From Candidatus Methanoperedens sp. (GTDB lineage: Archaea > Halobacteriota > Methanosarcinia > Methanosarcinales > Methanoperedenaceae): 32,000 nt of DNA. Below are positions 1-9,814 of this stretch, piece by piece. Location of the stretch: the NCBI GenBank assembly GCA_027460535.1, contig JAPZAR010000009.1, positions 30,001 to 62,000 of the forward strand, in the 5' to 3' direction. The notes below the pieces were generated by a model that was not told the origin of the DNA, did no database searches, and saw nothing but the letters and a program-made list of their open reading frames with translations. Both the position numbers and the translations under genes were made by a program. Numbering within the stretch: the stretch's first letter is position 1; every line of letters starts with the position of its first letter.

Positions 1-559
1 ACGATCCCTGTTATTTTGAAAGGAGTAGAATTCATAATGTTCCCCGGATATGCACTCAAATGAACGAGATCTCCCTTTCCAACTCCCAGCAACTTTGATA
101 GCTTCCCGTTAACTTCGACTTCATGCGTCCAGTCATTCCCGTAGAAATGAGGATCTCCCGGCGTTAGAGCCTCCTGCGAAAAGGTGTCGGAACCATCAGG
201 AATGACACCCATGCCCAGAACCATTTTAGGTTCTTTTTTTGCAGCATAAAGCACTTTATTAAGGACAGGGTCAGCAGACTTCACATCAGGAGATGACTTT
301 ATTTCATCGATCCTCTGGTGAGCATTGCCGAGCATGGTCTTCTCAGAATTCGTTACCGGGTCAAGAACACTTGAACCCGCAGGTATTATCCAGAAATTCG
401 TTTGTTTATCAATGACGGCATTATTTTCCTGGTTCAGGCCAACAGCGACAGATACCAGTAAAATGGCAAAAGCCACGGATACCCCAATGGCAAGGAGGGT
501 CAGCATGGTTCTTGATCTTCGGTTCAATAAGTTCAAGAAGGCTATCTTAACGAACGTCA
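1..559 (-). CDS. ABC transporter permease, FtsX/MacB-like (N-terminal part; gene runs off the window start)
   Basis: Absent from the ORF track because it is open to position 1. Manual minus-strand translation from GTG 559-557 gives [69 protein letters not shown]...[10 protein letters not shown], with no stop. A basic stretch plus TM1 followed by a long non-hydrophobic domain matches the MacB/FtsX N-terminal layout. It overlaps the upstream ATPase gene by 13 nt. Confidence 0.7.
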
Positions 560-1245
560 CTGATTATTCTCCCATCCATGATCTTTATTATGCGGGCCGG
601 AATTCTTGAGAGGCTCTCATCATGGGTCACCACTATCGTGGTCTTACCATATTTTTTATTCAGCTCAATGAGCAGATCTATTATCCTGTTTCCCATGATG
701 CTGTCCAGTTCCCCTGTCGGCTCATCTGCCAGGATTAACGGGGGATCGTTCGCCAGAGCCCTTGCAATGGCCACCCTTTGCTGCTCCCCTCCGCTGAGCT
801 GACCCGGCCTGTGGTTTGCCCGGTTCGAAAGCCCCACGGATTCCAGGAGGGATAAAACCCTCTCCTTTCTTGCATTTTTGGGTATTTTTGCCTCTTTCAT
901 GGGCAGCTCAATGTTTTCATATGCCGTCAGGGTAGGCAGAAGATAAAAATGCTGGAATACGAAGCCAAGAGCATGAAGCCTCAGGTTTGCAAGCCTGTCC
1001 GCACTCAGATTCGCGGTATCGGTACCATTTATCTTTACGCTGCCCGATGACGGGACGTCCACGCATCCTATGATGTGCAGCAGGGTGGACTTCCCCGAAC
1101 CACTGGAACCCTGTACCACGACAAATTCACCCTCTTCGACCTCAAGATCGATGCCGCGAAGTGCCTCGATAACTACCTCCCCTACTCGATACTGTCTATG
1201 AATGTTAGTAATCTGGACAATTTTTCTTGACATGTGCATCCTCAT
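547..1245 (-). CDS. ABC transporter ATP-binding protein (MacB/LolD/FtsE-like subfamily)
   Basis: Walker [13 protein letters not shown] signature LSGGEQQR, Walker [14 protein letters not shown]-loop VVTHD. The real start may be the third ATG (1233), which has GAGGA 6 nt upstream. Confidence 0.95.
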   Translation of the reverse strand: MRMHMSRKIVQITNIHRQYRVGEVVIEALRGIDLEVEEGEFVVVQGSSGSGKSTLLHIIGCVDVPSSGSVKINGTDTANLSADRLANLRLHALGFVFQHFYLLPTLTAYENIELPMKEAKIPKNARKERVLSLLESVGLSNRANHRPGQLSGGEQQRVAIARALANDPPLILADEPTGELDSIMGNRIIDLLIELNKKYGKTTIVVTHDESLSRIPARIIKIMDGRIISDVR

Positions 1246-1323
1246 TATAATTATTATTATTTTATATAGAAAATATTATATGTTAATAGGACGTATTATA
1301 GATTACGGTAAAGGTGGAGTCAC
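1246..1323. promoter_or_regulatory. AT-rich divergent intergenic region between the ABC operon and the surface-protein operon
   Basis: 78 bp, almost all A/T. It contains a TATA-like 'ttttatatag' (1261-1270) and an SD-like 'aaggtggag' 5 nt before ATG 1324. Promoter function is inferred from position only. Confidence 0.35.
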
Positions 1324-3579
1324 ATGATCAACAAAGAAATAAATATAATTAGGTATCCGGTTCTGGGTGTGTTATTGGTTTTGATAGTAATTTCGGCCTT
1401 CCCTGCAAGCGCAGGGATAAACTTCAATTTTACCAATGTGACACCCCGCAATTACACGATACCGGATGCGGTATTGAATACGCCCAATTTTGTAAGATTG
1501 ACCGGGGGCGATATAACGGTGCCCTCAATAGACCTTAGTCTTTCTATTGACAAAACTCTGACGAGCGGGAACAGGAGTCTTGTTCTGAAGGCTGGTCCCT
1601 TTGTTAATAAAATCACGACCTTACCGCCGCAGAAAGTCTATATCGTGTCCGGAACTACGATATCAGGAGGTAAGGCAGCAGTTAAGTATACCATAGATGC
1701 CCCATCTTTTCCAAATACCATGGTCAATGTGTCCATATATAAACAGATCAGCGGAAACTTGCCATTTTTCTCGGATTTTTCAATTGCTTTATTGAATTTG
1801 GCTGATTTAAAGGATACATGGAATAACAACACAAAAGTAATGGATGAGTTACTGGACACAGTTTTTAACGATTTAAACAATGTAAGCAAGATGCCAATAA
1901 AGCTGGGTGGAAGCGGGAATTCCGAATCTATAACACAGAACCTGCCTGCAGGAAATTATCTGATAATGGTTACAAACGGCACCGATCCGAAGAAGATCAT
2001 TACATGGAACATCATTAAAGTAATGCCTTTCAATTCAGCCATCACGGTAGGGGACGACTCAGGCTTTGCTCCTCAAGGACTGGATTTGGATGTCAACATT
2101 TCACTTTCAGGCGCTCCCCCCGGAAGTTATACTTACATTACAAGCATAATCAATAGCAGCGATTACAGAATTAACATTGGCAAAATAAACATATCATGGA
2201 ATTCCTCTGGAACACTTGCCAATTCAGCCACTGTAAACGGCACATTACTTGATTCAGCAACTGCTCTTACCGACATAATACCGCGCTCCAATATCTCAAG
2301 GACGACAACAGGTTCTACATCAGCCATATTGAAATTAAAAACGGGATCGCTCCCGACCGGAAGCTATTTTGTCAATACGGTTGTTTTCAACAACACCAAC
2401 CTCTCGGTCGCGTTCGATCAAACTCTATTGACACTTCAGCCCACAACAACGACGCCCATCCTGACCATAAATGGCTCGGGATACTTGACTGATAATTTGA
2501 CCATTCCGACGCCAGATGCGAATATTACAGTGAACATTAGAAATGGTACAAGAGCAACGCTTAATGGGCTTCCGATATCGAGTACAACCGCATTTTCACT
2601 GCCATCTGTCAATCCAACATTAGTGAATGCCGCATCAGCTTCGAACCTGAGATTCCTTGGCAAGAATGTGACGCTCCTGCCCGCAGGGGCAATATTCACT
2701 CCATATATTCTGATAACGTTCAACTATTCACAATCTGATGTTCCGCCTGGAGTTGGAGAGGGTGGGATAGATGCATATACATACAATGGTTCTACTAATT
2801 TGTGGGAAGCACTGGTAATTGACTCAAAAGGGACTTATACTGGGGGGGGTAAATTCATCACAGTAAGAGTGACTCACTTCTCAACATTTGCCCTTCTGGG
2901 AACTTCAGCGTCAGCACCAAGGGGCGGCGGTGGCGGAAGCGGCACGGCTACAGGAGGGGGAGGTGTAGTGACGGGAGAACCTTTTGACAACATAGCAAAG
3001 GCAGAAACGCAGGATAGAGACCTTATTTCTAACACCCCCATAACATATTCGTTCACTACTCCTGATCTCGGCGTCTATCAAGTAGCGGTTACCAGCACAA
3101 ATAATGAGAGCTCGATATCATTGAGAGCAGAATTATTGAAAGGCACATCCAAACTCGTGACCGTGTCGCCTCCGGGAACATTATATAAGAATATAAATAT
3201 GTGGGTAGGCACACAGCGGATAAAGGAAGTCCTGGTCAGATTCAAGGTTGATAACACCTGGATCAGCAGCAACAATGTTGCATCTGGTGATGTCATTTTG
3301 CTCAAGTGGGATGGAAGCAAATGGGTGCAGCTTGAGACAGCTGAAAAGACAAAGGATAGCGGATATACATACTATGAGGCAAAGACGGACACCCTCTCGA
3401 TATTCGCAATAAGCGGCATCAAAGGGGTTGAAGCACCCACAGCAACACCTGGCGCAGCAATTACGCCAGCTGGAGCCACCCCCACAACTACGGCCACCCC
3501 CAAGACCCCCGGATTTGAGACAATATCAGCCCTTGCAGGAATGCTGGCAATAGCGTACCTGCTTAGAAGAGAAGATTAA
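1324..3579 (+). CDS. Secreted surface glycoprotein with PGF-pre-PGF domain and PGF-CTERM archaeosortase sorting signal
   Basis: N-terminal signal/TM (VLGVLLVLIVISAFPASA). I count 24 N-X-S/T sequons. Gly linker GGGGGSGTATGGGG, then a ~150-aa pre-PGF domain (GEPFDNI...LSIFAISG). A Thr/Pro-rich linker follows, then the C-terminal PGFETISALAGMLAIAYLLRRED (PGF motif + TM + basic tail). Confidence 0.9.
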   Translation: MINKEINIIRYPVLGVLLVLIVISAFPASAGINFNFTNVTPRNYTIPDAVLNTPNFVRLTGGDITVPSIDLSLSIDKTLTSGNRSLVLKAGPFVNKITTLPPQKVYIVSGTTISGGKAAVKYTIDAPSFPNTMVNVSIYKQISGNLPFFSDFSIALLNLADLKDTWNNNTKVMDELLDTVFNDLNNVSKMPIKLGGSGNSESITQNLPAGNYLIMVTNGTDPKKIITWNIIKVMPFNSAITVGDDSGFAPQGLDLDVNISLSGAPPGSYTYITSIINSSDYRINIGKINISWNSSGTLANSATVNGTLLDSATALTDIIPRSNISRTTTGSTSAILKLKTGSLPTGSYFVNTVVFNNTNLSVAFDQTLLTLQPTTTTPILTINGSGYLTDNLTIPTPDANITVNIRNGTRATLNGLPISSTTAFSLPSVNPTLVNAASASNLRFLGKNVTLLPAGAIFTPYILITFNYSQSDVPPGVGEGGIDAYTYNGSTNLWEALVIDSKGTYTGGGKFITVRVTHFSTFALLGTSASAPRGGGGGSGTATGGGGVVTGEPFDNIAKAETQDRDLISNTPITYSFTTPDLGVYQVAVTSTNNESSISLRAELLKGTSKLVTVSPPGTLYKNINMWVGTQRIKEVLVRFKVDNTWISSNNVASGDVILLKWDGSKWVQLETAEKTKDSGYTYYEAKTDTLSIFAISGIKGVEAPTATPGAAITPAGATPTTTATPKTPGFETISALAGMLAIAYLLRRED

Positions 3580-3606
3580 TCTTCTCTCACTTTCTTTTTA
3601 TTTTTT
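3569..3606 (+). terminator. Hairpin overlapping the stop codon plus oligo-T tract
   Basis: Perfect palindrome gagaagatt/aatcttctc (3569-3586) spans the TAA at 3577-3579. It is followed by the T-rich 'tttctttttatttttt' (3591-3606). Archaeal termination typically uses oligo-T. The next ATG (3607) follows immediately, so termination may be partial. Confidence 0.45.
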
Positions 3607-4401
3607 ATGCGGCTTTTGCAATTCTTTTTGATAATGATTTTGATGTCAGGTACGGCTGCAGCAAATAATGCAGTGATTACCCTTGGCAAGACGATCGACG
3701 TCCCTGACAGGACGGTCAGTTTTGAAAACCAGACCTTTGAGATCACTGACATAGGGAATTACAGGACGAACCAGGATATCAGTTTCACTGTGGATGCACC
3801 AGGTACAGATGAAATGCTTGTTGTGCTCTATGACCGCGACAAGATATCGACATGGTTCAAGCGATTCTATAATACGAGCGGCAGGGTTGTTGCGACGATA
3901 CCTGGAAACAAGACAAGCGAGGCAGGCACATACGTTTTTGCGGTTTCCTATCAAAGGAATATCATTGGAGCAATACCGGTGGTAATATCCGATTATGACC
4001 TCTCGGTGTCGCCCAAAAGCAGGAAAGTGACGGCAGGCAAGCCTCTGGACGTGGAAGTGAAGATCAATAAGAACGGTGTCCCAGTGAGTGTGGACGGCAC
4101 TGTAAAGGTCGTCCTTGTAAGGGGAAGCTCATCCATCGATGCGAATGCCACGGCTTCTGGGACAGGAATTTATGAGGCGCATATCAATATACCCCTGCCC
4201 ATGAATGGGACATACTCGCTCTATTCTGCAATAACGACGGAGCGGAAGGTTTACATGAACTACCCAGAGATGACGGGGGTGGAGAACGGCGGGATTGTAG
4301 AGATACTGCCGCCTTCCGCTGAAAAGACACCATTCTTAAACGGGATAGTAGCAATGATTATACTTCTTGCCGTTGTATTGCTCAAGAGGAAGAAGTTATG
4401 A
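3607..4401 (+). CDS. Secreted surface protein, paralog of the N-terminal ectodomain of 4398-5798, with a simple C-terminal TM anchor
   Basis: Signal peptide MRLLQFFLIMILMSGTAAA. Aligns by eye with the next gene (ITLGKTIDVPDRTVSFENQTFEITDIGNYRTN vs ITFDKSITVPAKDFNWQNSTFTVTNVGNYKLN; YDLSVSPKSRKVTAGKPLDVEVKINKNGVPV vs YDLTVTPDRTQATAGSTIKVTVQVAKNGIPV). Ends in the TM IVAMIILLAVVLL + KRKKL. ATGA overlap with the next gene. Confidence 0.8.
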   Translation: MRLLQFFLIMILMSGTAAANNAVITLGKTIDVPDRTVSFENQTFEITDIGNYRTNQDISFTVDAPGTDEMLVVLYDRDKISTWFKRFYNTSGRVVATIPGNKTSEAGTYVFAVSYQRNIIGAIPVVISDYDLSVSPKSRKVTAGKPLDVEVKINKNGVPVSVDGTVKVVLVRGSSSIDANATASGTGIYEAHINIPLPMNGTYSLYSAITTERKVYMNYPEMTGVENGGIVEILPPSAEKTPFLNGIVAMIILLAVVLLKRKKL

Positions 4402-5798
4402 AAGTGCAGGTATTGATAGCATTCATTTTATTTGGCTCGTTCGCTGCAAGCGCGGCGGGGACAGCAACGATAACGTTTGATAAATCGATCACCGTTCCGG
4501 CCAAGGATTTCAACTGGCAGAACAGCACTTTTACCGTGACCAATGTCGGGAATTATAAATTGAATGATCCGATCACTGTAACGATTACTTCCGGTGAGGC
4601 AGGTATGAGAGTAATTCTTTACAATGCAGATAGGCTCAGTGAGTGGAGTAATCCAGTCGATATTCCAGGCGGGCAAATATCCCTAACGATTCCTTCTAAT
4701 ACTGTTTCTGCTTCCGGTATTTATGGTATTGTCATATCGAGCCAGGGCTATGTCATTGGAGCCAACCCGGTAATTATTTCTGAATATGATTTGACTGTAA
4801 CGCCAGATAGGACTCAAGCAACCGCGGGAAGCACAATCAAGGTCACGGTTCAGGTAGCCAAGAATGGGATTCCGGTAAATATAGCACCGAATAATATTAT
4901 AAAGGTAGAGTTCGTGCTTGGTTCAACGAGTACGTATTCCGGAGGCAATGCAATGGCAACAGCGACGGGAACTTATGAAGCGAATGTCCAGATACCGACT
5001 TCTGGCGATTATCGATTGTTTGCGGCAATTACAACAAATCAGAATATTTCCGGCTACCCAGAACTCATAGGTGCAGGCGACGGCGGGGCTATTAAAATTA
5101 CAGCTCTATCTTCTGGCGGTGGGATCAGCGGCGGCGGTGGTGGAGGTAGCGGGTCTTCAGGTGAAGAGTTCAAGAACATTGAATCCAGCGAAGCCTATGA
5201 AAAATATATATCAAAAGATGTACCGATCTCATATGTGTTCAGGCAGTCAAGCAATCCTGTCAGCGAGATAGTAATAACGGGAAATAACAATGCTGGCGAT
5301 ACAACTGTAAAAACTGAGATACTCCGCGGCACCTCCACCTTAGTGAAAAGCCCGGCGCCGGGTACGACTTATAAGAACATCAATATCCAGGTCGGCACCT
5401 CCGGATTTGCTAATCCGAAGAATATCAAAGCAGGCATAATAAAGTTCAAGGTTGAGAATTCATGGCTTGGAGATAACAGCCTCGCAGGCAGTGATATAAA
5501 ATTGGTCAGGTGGGATGGGAGCATGTGGGCTGATCTGGAAACAACTGAAACAAATAAGAATGGCACATACACATACTTTGAAGCTAAAACCCAATCTTTT
5601 TCGAGCTTCGCAATAATCGGAGTGAAATCCCAGGCAGCAACCACAGAGACCGCCCAACCCGTACCCACAGCCACCGCTTTTACTCCAGAGGCAACTGAAA
5701 CGGGGACAACCCAGAAAGTGACCCCAGGATTTGAGACAGCTTTATTTTCAATAGCACTGCTGATTGCCTCGTTCCTCAGAGATAGAATTATTAAATGA
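4398..5798 (+). CDS. Secreted surface protein with PGF-pre-PGF domain and PGF-CTERM signal
   Basis: Signal peptide, then an ectodomain paralogous to 3607-4401. Linker GGGISGGGGGGSGSSG, then a pre-PGF domain (GEEFKNIESSEAY...FSSFAIIG). A T/P/E-rich linker precedes the C-terminal PGFETALFSIALLIASFLRDRIIK. Confidence 0.9.
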   Translation: MKVQVLIAFILFGSFAASAAGTATITFDKSITVPAKDFNWQNSTFTVTNVGNYKLNDPITVTITSGEAGMRVILYNADRLSEWSNPVDIPGGQISLTIPSNTVSASGIYGIVISSQGYVIGANPVIISEYDLTVTPDRTQATAGSTIKVTVQVAKNGIPVNIAPNNIIKVEFVLGSTSTYSGGNAMATATGTYEANVQIPTSGDYRLFAAITTNQNISGYPELIGAGDGGAIKITALSSGGGISGGGGGGSGSSGEEFKNIESSEAYEKYISKDVPISYVFRQSSNPVSEIVITGNNNAGDTTVKTEILRGTSTLVKSPAPGTTYKNINIQVGTSGFANPKNIKAGIIKFKVENSWLGDNSLAGSDIKLVRWDGSMWADLETTETNKNGTYTYFEAKTQSFSSFAIIGVKSQAATTETAQPVPTATAFTPEATETGTTQKVTPGFETALFSIALLIASFLRDRIIK

Positions 5799-6008
5799 AA
5801 CGGGAATGACAAGAGAATGGATTGCTGGTATTTTGTGTCGGATATGAGCGCCTGATCTTCAGCATTCCAGGATGAGTTCGACCTTTTCTGGCTTTTCATG
5901 AGGTATAAACCATCTCCTACCTATGGCATCCTAGTTGGCTCCCGCACCTTGCACATCTCCGTGCATAAATTAAATATGACATCGTTGTATTAATTTACAG
6001 CGTCAATA

Positions 6009-8036
6009 TTATCTCCTCCCGTTCCTCTCAAGCATCCTTTGCAGAGTCTCCTTCTTGTACCAGACAACAAGCCCGATGAATGTGAGCAGGGAAACAATGT
6101 ATCCAAAGAGAAACGTATCAAACCGCCTGTAATAAATCGTCCCCATCTCTGCATGATAGACTGCATAGGATCCATTGACCATCGATGTCCGCCCTTCAAG
6201 TTCCCAGTAATCAGAGTCCATATTGGGAGGCACAAATACTATATATCCTTCCCCTGCTTCCTCATGGAATTTCACAGGTGAAGCCTGGGTATATGATATG
6301 GGCTTAAGGTCGGTAGAGTTCTGCTGGTCGATTTTATCAGCCTGATAGAAGCGCGAGACTGTGTGCTTATTTTCAAAGATATAGAAGTTATCTGTCTCCT
6401 TTTTCAGGACAAGATCGGTCTGGTTGAAGAGGAAGAAGTATTGTTTAAAGTCCACTTCTTTTGTCAGAATTATATATTTGACGTTGAGCGGTACCATAAA
6501 TTTACCAAAATTGCTTAATCCGTCCTTGTTTTGGAGCAAGTTTTGGATGTATCCGGAAACCGGGCTCATGGAGGAACTGTATACCCCCGCTTCCATATTA
6601 TCTCCCTGTATCACGGGTTTGTCGAAAAATACCTGGGCGGGGTTGGCAAGCCTTTTCTGAGGGGTCGGAAGCCACTTGAAGTCCATGTAAAGATGCCAGG
6701 GCAGGAAAAGCACATTGAAGTCCTGTTTATCGAGGTTAAGAAAATCATTCACCTCGTACCAGTCTTCCGGATAGTCAGCAGGTTTCAGCTGCCCCCAGAA
6801 GCCATTGAACATGGTGAAAGAATAAATGAAAGGCGTGGCGATCGCAATAGCAATTATAATCCATGCCCCTATCTTTTTAGAAGTGCCTGCGCTGCCTTTG
6901 TATCTGGCTATTTCGGCCACTCCGAGCCCACCAAGGTAAGCGTATGCCAATACCAGAAGCGCTTCAAATTTCTGCGGCTCCCTGAAGCCTTTAAAGAAGA
7001 ATACGTTGTTAAAAAGGAACTCAAATATCCTTTCAAAGGGACCAGAAATACCTGTGGCGAGGATTGCTGCCAGCACTGCCAGAGCGCCGAAAGCTTTGAC
7101 ATAAACGCCACGTGCCGGATGCTTATAATTCGAAGTAAAACCGTGAACTGCCAGGAATAGTATGAATATGAAGAAAATATACCAGTAGGGCAGGAGGTCT
7201 TTTGCATAAATATAACCCACACGCCAGAATCCGTACATGGAAGCTGTGGTGAAAAGAGTATTAAAATTGATGTCCTGCCTGGTCGTAAAGGTATAAAGAT
7301 CTGAATTCGTTATCTCGCCAAGTGGAGCTGAACTTCCACTAAAACTTGGGACTAGCCAATAGGAATTGAGAATAAGCAAGAAAAGGAGAACAAGCGCGGC
7401 ATATTTTGACAAATCTATTTTTTTTCTGGCTTCTATTACGGCCATGAGAAAAAAAATACCAAAAACGATCAATAAGAGAAATGGGGTATGAGTTTCCAGG
7501 GCAAATACAAAAGTTAATAGAAAGGCTACATATACAGCCCTTTTAGTGGAGGGAGATGCAAAAAAATCCATAAAACCCTTTATGACAAAGGGTGTGACCG
7601 CATAAGCTAGAAGAAGCAGCCAATGCCCTGCCAGAAATCTGACGTAAACAAAAGGATTTATCATGTACAGAAAACCGGCAAAATACCTTCCTATCCCCCA
7701 TTCTTCAGGGCAAAGCTTATATGCTGATATTCCGGACAGAAAAAAGATAATGAAAAAAATTAATTTTTGAATAACCTCCGCTGAAAACATAATATTGAGA
7801 AAATCAAGGAAGGCAAATAAAGGTAAGACCGAAAAATAATTTGTCAATCCATAAAACCAATTGGATACATGAAACGCATTCTCGGTGAAGACTGTATCAA
7901 GGGTAAGAATGTAACCCTTCGAAAGAAAGCCCCAAATTAATATCAATGAAATAGCGGAGAATACAAGGTGGGGGAATGAACTTTTAGAAAATAGATTTCT
8001 CTTCAACCTGAGAATAGAATCCATCCAGTGTACCAT
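6009..8036 (-). CDS. Large polytopic membrane protein, GT-C-fold glycosyltransferase-like (AftD/DUF3367- or YfhO-like layout)
   Basis: About 450 aa of repeated TM helices, then a ~200-aa soluble domain and one C-terminal TM (FLFGYIVSLLTFIGLVVWY). Shares N-terminal motifs with 11481-14516 (KGYILTLDTVF vs KGYLIASADVDF after TM1; KLIFFIIFFLSGISAYKL vs KLTFIFWFTLSGLSMYFL). Family assignment is from memory of that architecture, not a search. Confidence 0.6.
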   Translation of the reverse strand: MVHWMDSILRLKRNLFSKSSFPHLVFSAISLILIWGFLSKGYILTLDTVFTENAFHVSNWFYGLTNYFSVLPLFAFLDFLNIMFSAEVIQKLIFFIIFFLSGISAYKLCPEEWGIGRYFAGFLYMINPFVYVRFLAGHWLLLLAYAVTPFVIKGFMDFFASPSTKRAVYVAFLLTFVFALETHTPFLLLIVFGIFFLMAVIEARKKIDLSKYAALVLLFLLILNSYWLVPSFSGSSAPLGEITNSDLYTFTTRQDINFNTLFTTASMYGFWRVGYIYAKDLLPYWYIFFIFILFLAVHGFTSNYKHPARGVYVKAFGALAVLAAILATGISGPFERIFEFLFNNVFFFKGFREPQKFEALLVLAYAYLGGLGVAEIARYKGSAGTSKKIGAWIIIAIAIATPFIYSFTMFNGFWGQLKPADYPEDWYEVNDFLNLDKQDFNVLFLPWHLYMDFKWLPTPQKRLANPAQVFFDKPVIQGDNMEAGVYSSSMSPVSGYIQNLLQNKDGLSNFGKFMVPLNVKYIILTKEVDFKQYFFLFNQTDLVLKKETDNFYIFENKHTVSRFYQADKIDQQNSTDLKPISYTQASPVKFHEEAGEGYIVFVPPNMDSDYWELEGRTSMVNGSYAVYHAEMGTIYYRRFDTFLFGYIVSLLTFIGLVVWYKKETLQRMLERNGRR

Positions 8037-8127
8037 TCCATTAGAACTGTTCTACAATAACTATAAAGTTAACGATGCAGTGACCCCAAGAGCCCTTTCA
8101 GGAATAAGAATTTATCACGTTTAAGCG

Positions 8128-9627
8128 TCATCCTTTGAAAAGCCATTTCAGACTTTCCACATCTTTCATGATCTTTTCCAGTATTTCACTCTTGCCAAAT
8201 CCTGCCAGGAACATTCTTACGTCTTCACCATCCAGCAGCCTGAAACTGAACAGGATCACAGTATATGCAGCAAAACCAGCAAGAAGGTCCAGAAATGTCA
8301 ACAACTTCGTGCCACTGGGAAACATGAAGATAATCGCTCCAAACAAGATAAAAGCCAGAAGGATTTTTAAAGTTTTTGTCAACTCAAATTCAAGAAATCC
8401 GCATTTTAAATATACTCCCGTAAGTCCAAGGAGACCGGCTGCGCAGGCTATCGTGGTGGAAGCTGCTGCGCCAATGATGCCGTATCTTGGCACCAGGAAA
8501 AACAGGGCGATCACATCAACAGCTATGGAGAGCATGAGGATTATCGCAGGTACCCTTGGGCGATGCATGGCCTGAAAAATGCCTACAAGCGCGGTTATGA
8601 CTGTAAAGAAAGCCATCCCGACAGCCAGTATACCCAATGCGCCGGACGCAGCGGCATAGGTGGGAGGGAAAACCAGTGATATCATGGAAGAAGGAATCAC
8701 AAAAAGGGCTATGCAGACAGGACATATCATCAGGACGGTATATTTCAGGGTTTTGTTGGAATAGTTGCTGTTGGTGGATGAATACCTTGAGATATAGGGG
8801 AACATGGCACCCATCAGGGCCCCGGCTGCGAAGACAGGAAGCTCGGCAAGGATGAGGGCGCTGCGGTAATAGCCCGTGAGGGTATCCGAGAGAACCTTTT
8901 CGCTCAGGAACTTCACCCCGAGTATATCAAGGTTCATGAGCAGGGTCATAAAAAAAGTGCCGACGAACAATGGGAATGCAAATGAGTAAATCCTCCTGCT
9001 TTCCCATCCGCCCGTCTTCCAGAACTTAAAATCCCGGGTAAAGATAAGCGATAGCAAAAGCCCTGCTGCAGTGCTGGCGATAAGCCCGGAAAATGCCCCG
9101 AAAGCTCCATAACCCAATAAAACAAGAAGAACTGCGAAAACCAGTTTGGTAGCGACTGTGGTTATACTGACCAACCCGAACTTTTTGAACCGGAACATCC
9201 CCTGGAGCGCACTTGTATAGACCCCTCCCACCGCTGAAATAATAAGTGCGATGATGATGAACAATACAAAAGGCCTGTATGTGCTGTCAAGACGTATTAG
9301 CCCGGATGCGTATAAACCATAGAATAAGAAAGATACGGGCAAAGCGATACCAAGGTTCCCCACAAGCGAGCTTTTAAAAACCCTGTGTTTTACGTCGTCT
9401 CCGATACCTTCGGATAAGAATTTCGCTACAGCCAATGGAAAAGCCGAACTAACGAATAATGAAAGGATGGTAAGAAAAGATATTGCCACACCGAGTATAC
9501 CGTATTGCTGGGGTGTCAGCAGCCATCCCATGACTATGTTATACGTATAGTTGAGGAATGCTCCGATTGCAAAGACAATCAGCATCAGCAGAGTGTCTTT
9601 TGAAGGATTTGCCAAACCAGATATCAC
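8128..9627 (-). CDS. Oligosaccharide/polysaccharide flippase, MOP superfamily (Wzx / AglR-like)
   Basis: 499 aa, hydrophobic throughout (about 12-14 TM). The N-terminus (NIVMGWLLTPQQYGILGVAISFLTIL) resembles polysaccharide-biosynthesis-protein flippases. The track start is GTG (9627-9625). Confidence 0.75.
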   Translation of the reverse strand: MISGLANPSKDTLLMLIVFAIGAFLNYTYNIVMGWLLTPQQYGILGVAISFLTILSLFVSSAFPLAVAKFLSEGIGDDVKHRVFKSSLVGNLGIALPVSFLFYGLYASGLIRLDSTYRPFVLFIIIALIISAVGGVYTSALQGMFRFKKFGLVSITTVATKLVFAVLLVLLGYGAFGAFSGLIASTAAGLLLSLIFTRDFKFWKTGGWESRRIYSFAFPLFVGTFFMTLLMNLDILGVKFLSEKVLSDTLTGYYRSALILAELPVFAAGALMGAMFPYISRYSSTNSNYSNKTLKYTVLMICPVCIALFVIPSSMISLVFPPTYAAASGALGILAVGMAFFTVITALVGIFQAMHRPRVPAIILMLSIAVDVIALFFLVPRYGIIGAAASTTIACAAGLLGLTGVYLKCGFLEFELTKTLKILLAFILFGAIIFMFPSGTKLLTFLDLLAGFAAYTVILFSFRLLDGEDVRMFLAGFGKSEILEKIMKDVESLKWLFKG

Positions 9628-9814
9628 CTGCTGCTGTTGATAGAGGTGATATTAGATATAGGCTTTTGTGGTTATCCCATAATTTATCATAGGTTTGGGT
9701 AGGCAAATGCTTGAAGGGCGTGGCGAAATAACATATATCTATTTGTAATTATTAAATTTCTGGCTTAGAATAAATAATTGACCTTTCGTTTTTGCCCGCG
9801 TTATTTGCTTATTT

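Noticed and set aside
325-802. Plus-strand ORFs 325-609 and 578-802 from the ORF track
   Set aside because: They lie antisense to the ABC permease and ATPase genes, which have strong motifs. The translations show no motifs, so they are shadow ORFs.
8042-8054. 13-bp palindrome tagaac-t-gttcta between a TATA-like element and the ATG of the 675-aa GT-C gene (possible operator)
   Set aside because: Six-bp arms occur often by chance in 32 kb. There is no second copy elsewhere in the window and no regulator gene nearby.
9621-9652. 9-bp inverted repeat atatcacct / aggtgatat spanning the GTG start of the flippase gene
   Set aside because: It could sequester the start codon. However, the true start is uncertain, the loop is 14 nt, and there is no supporting conservation information, so it is too weak to call.
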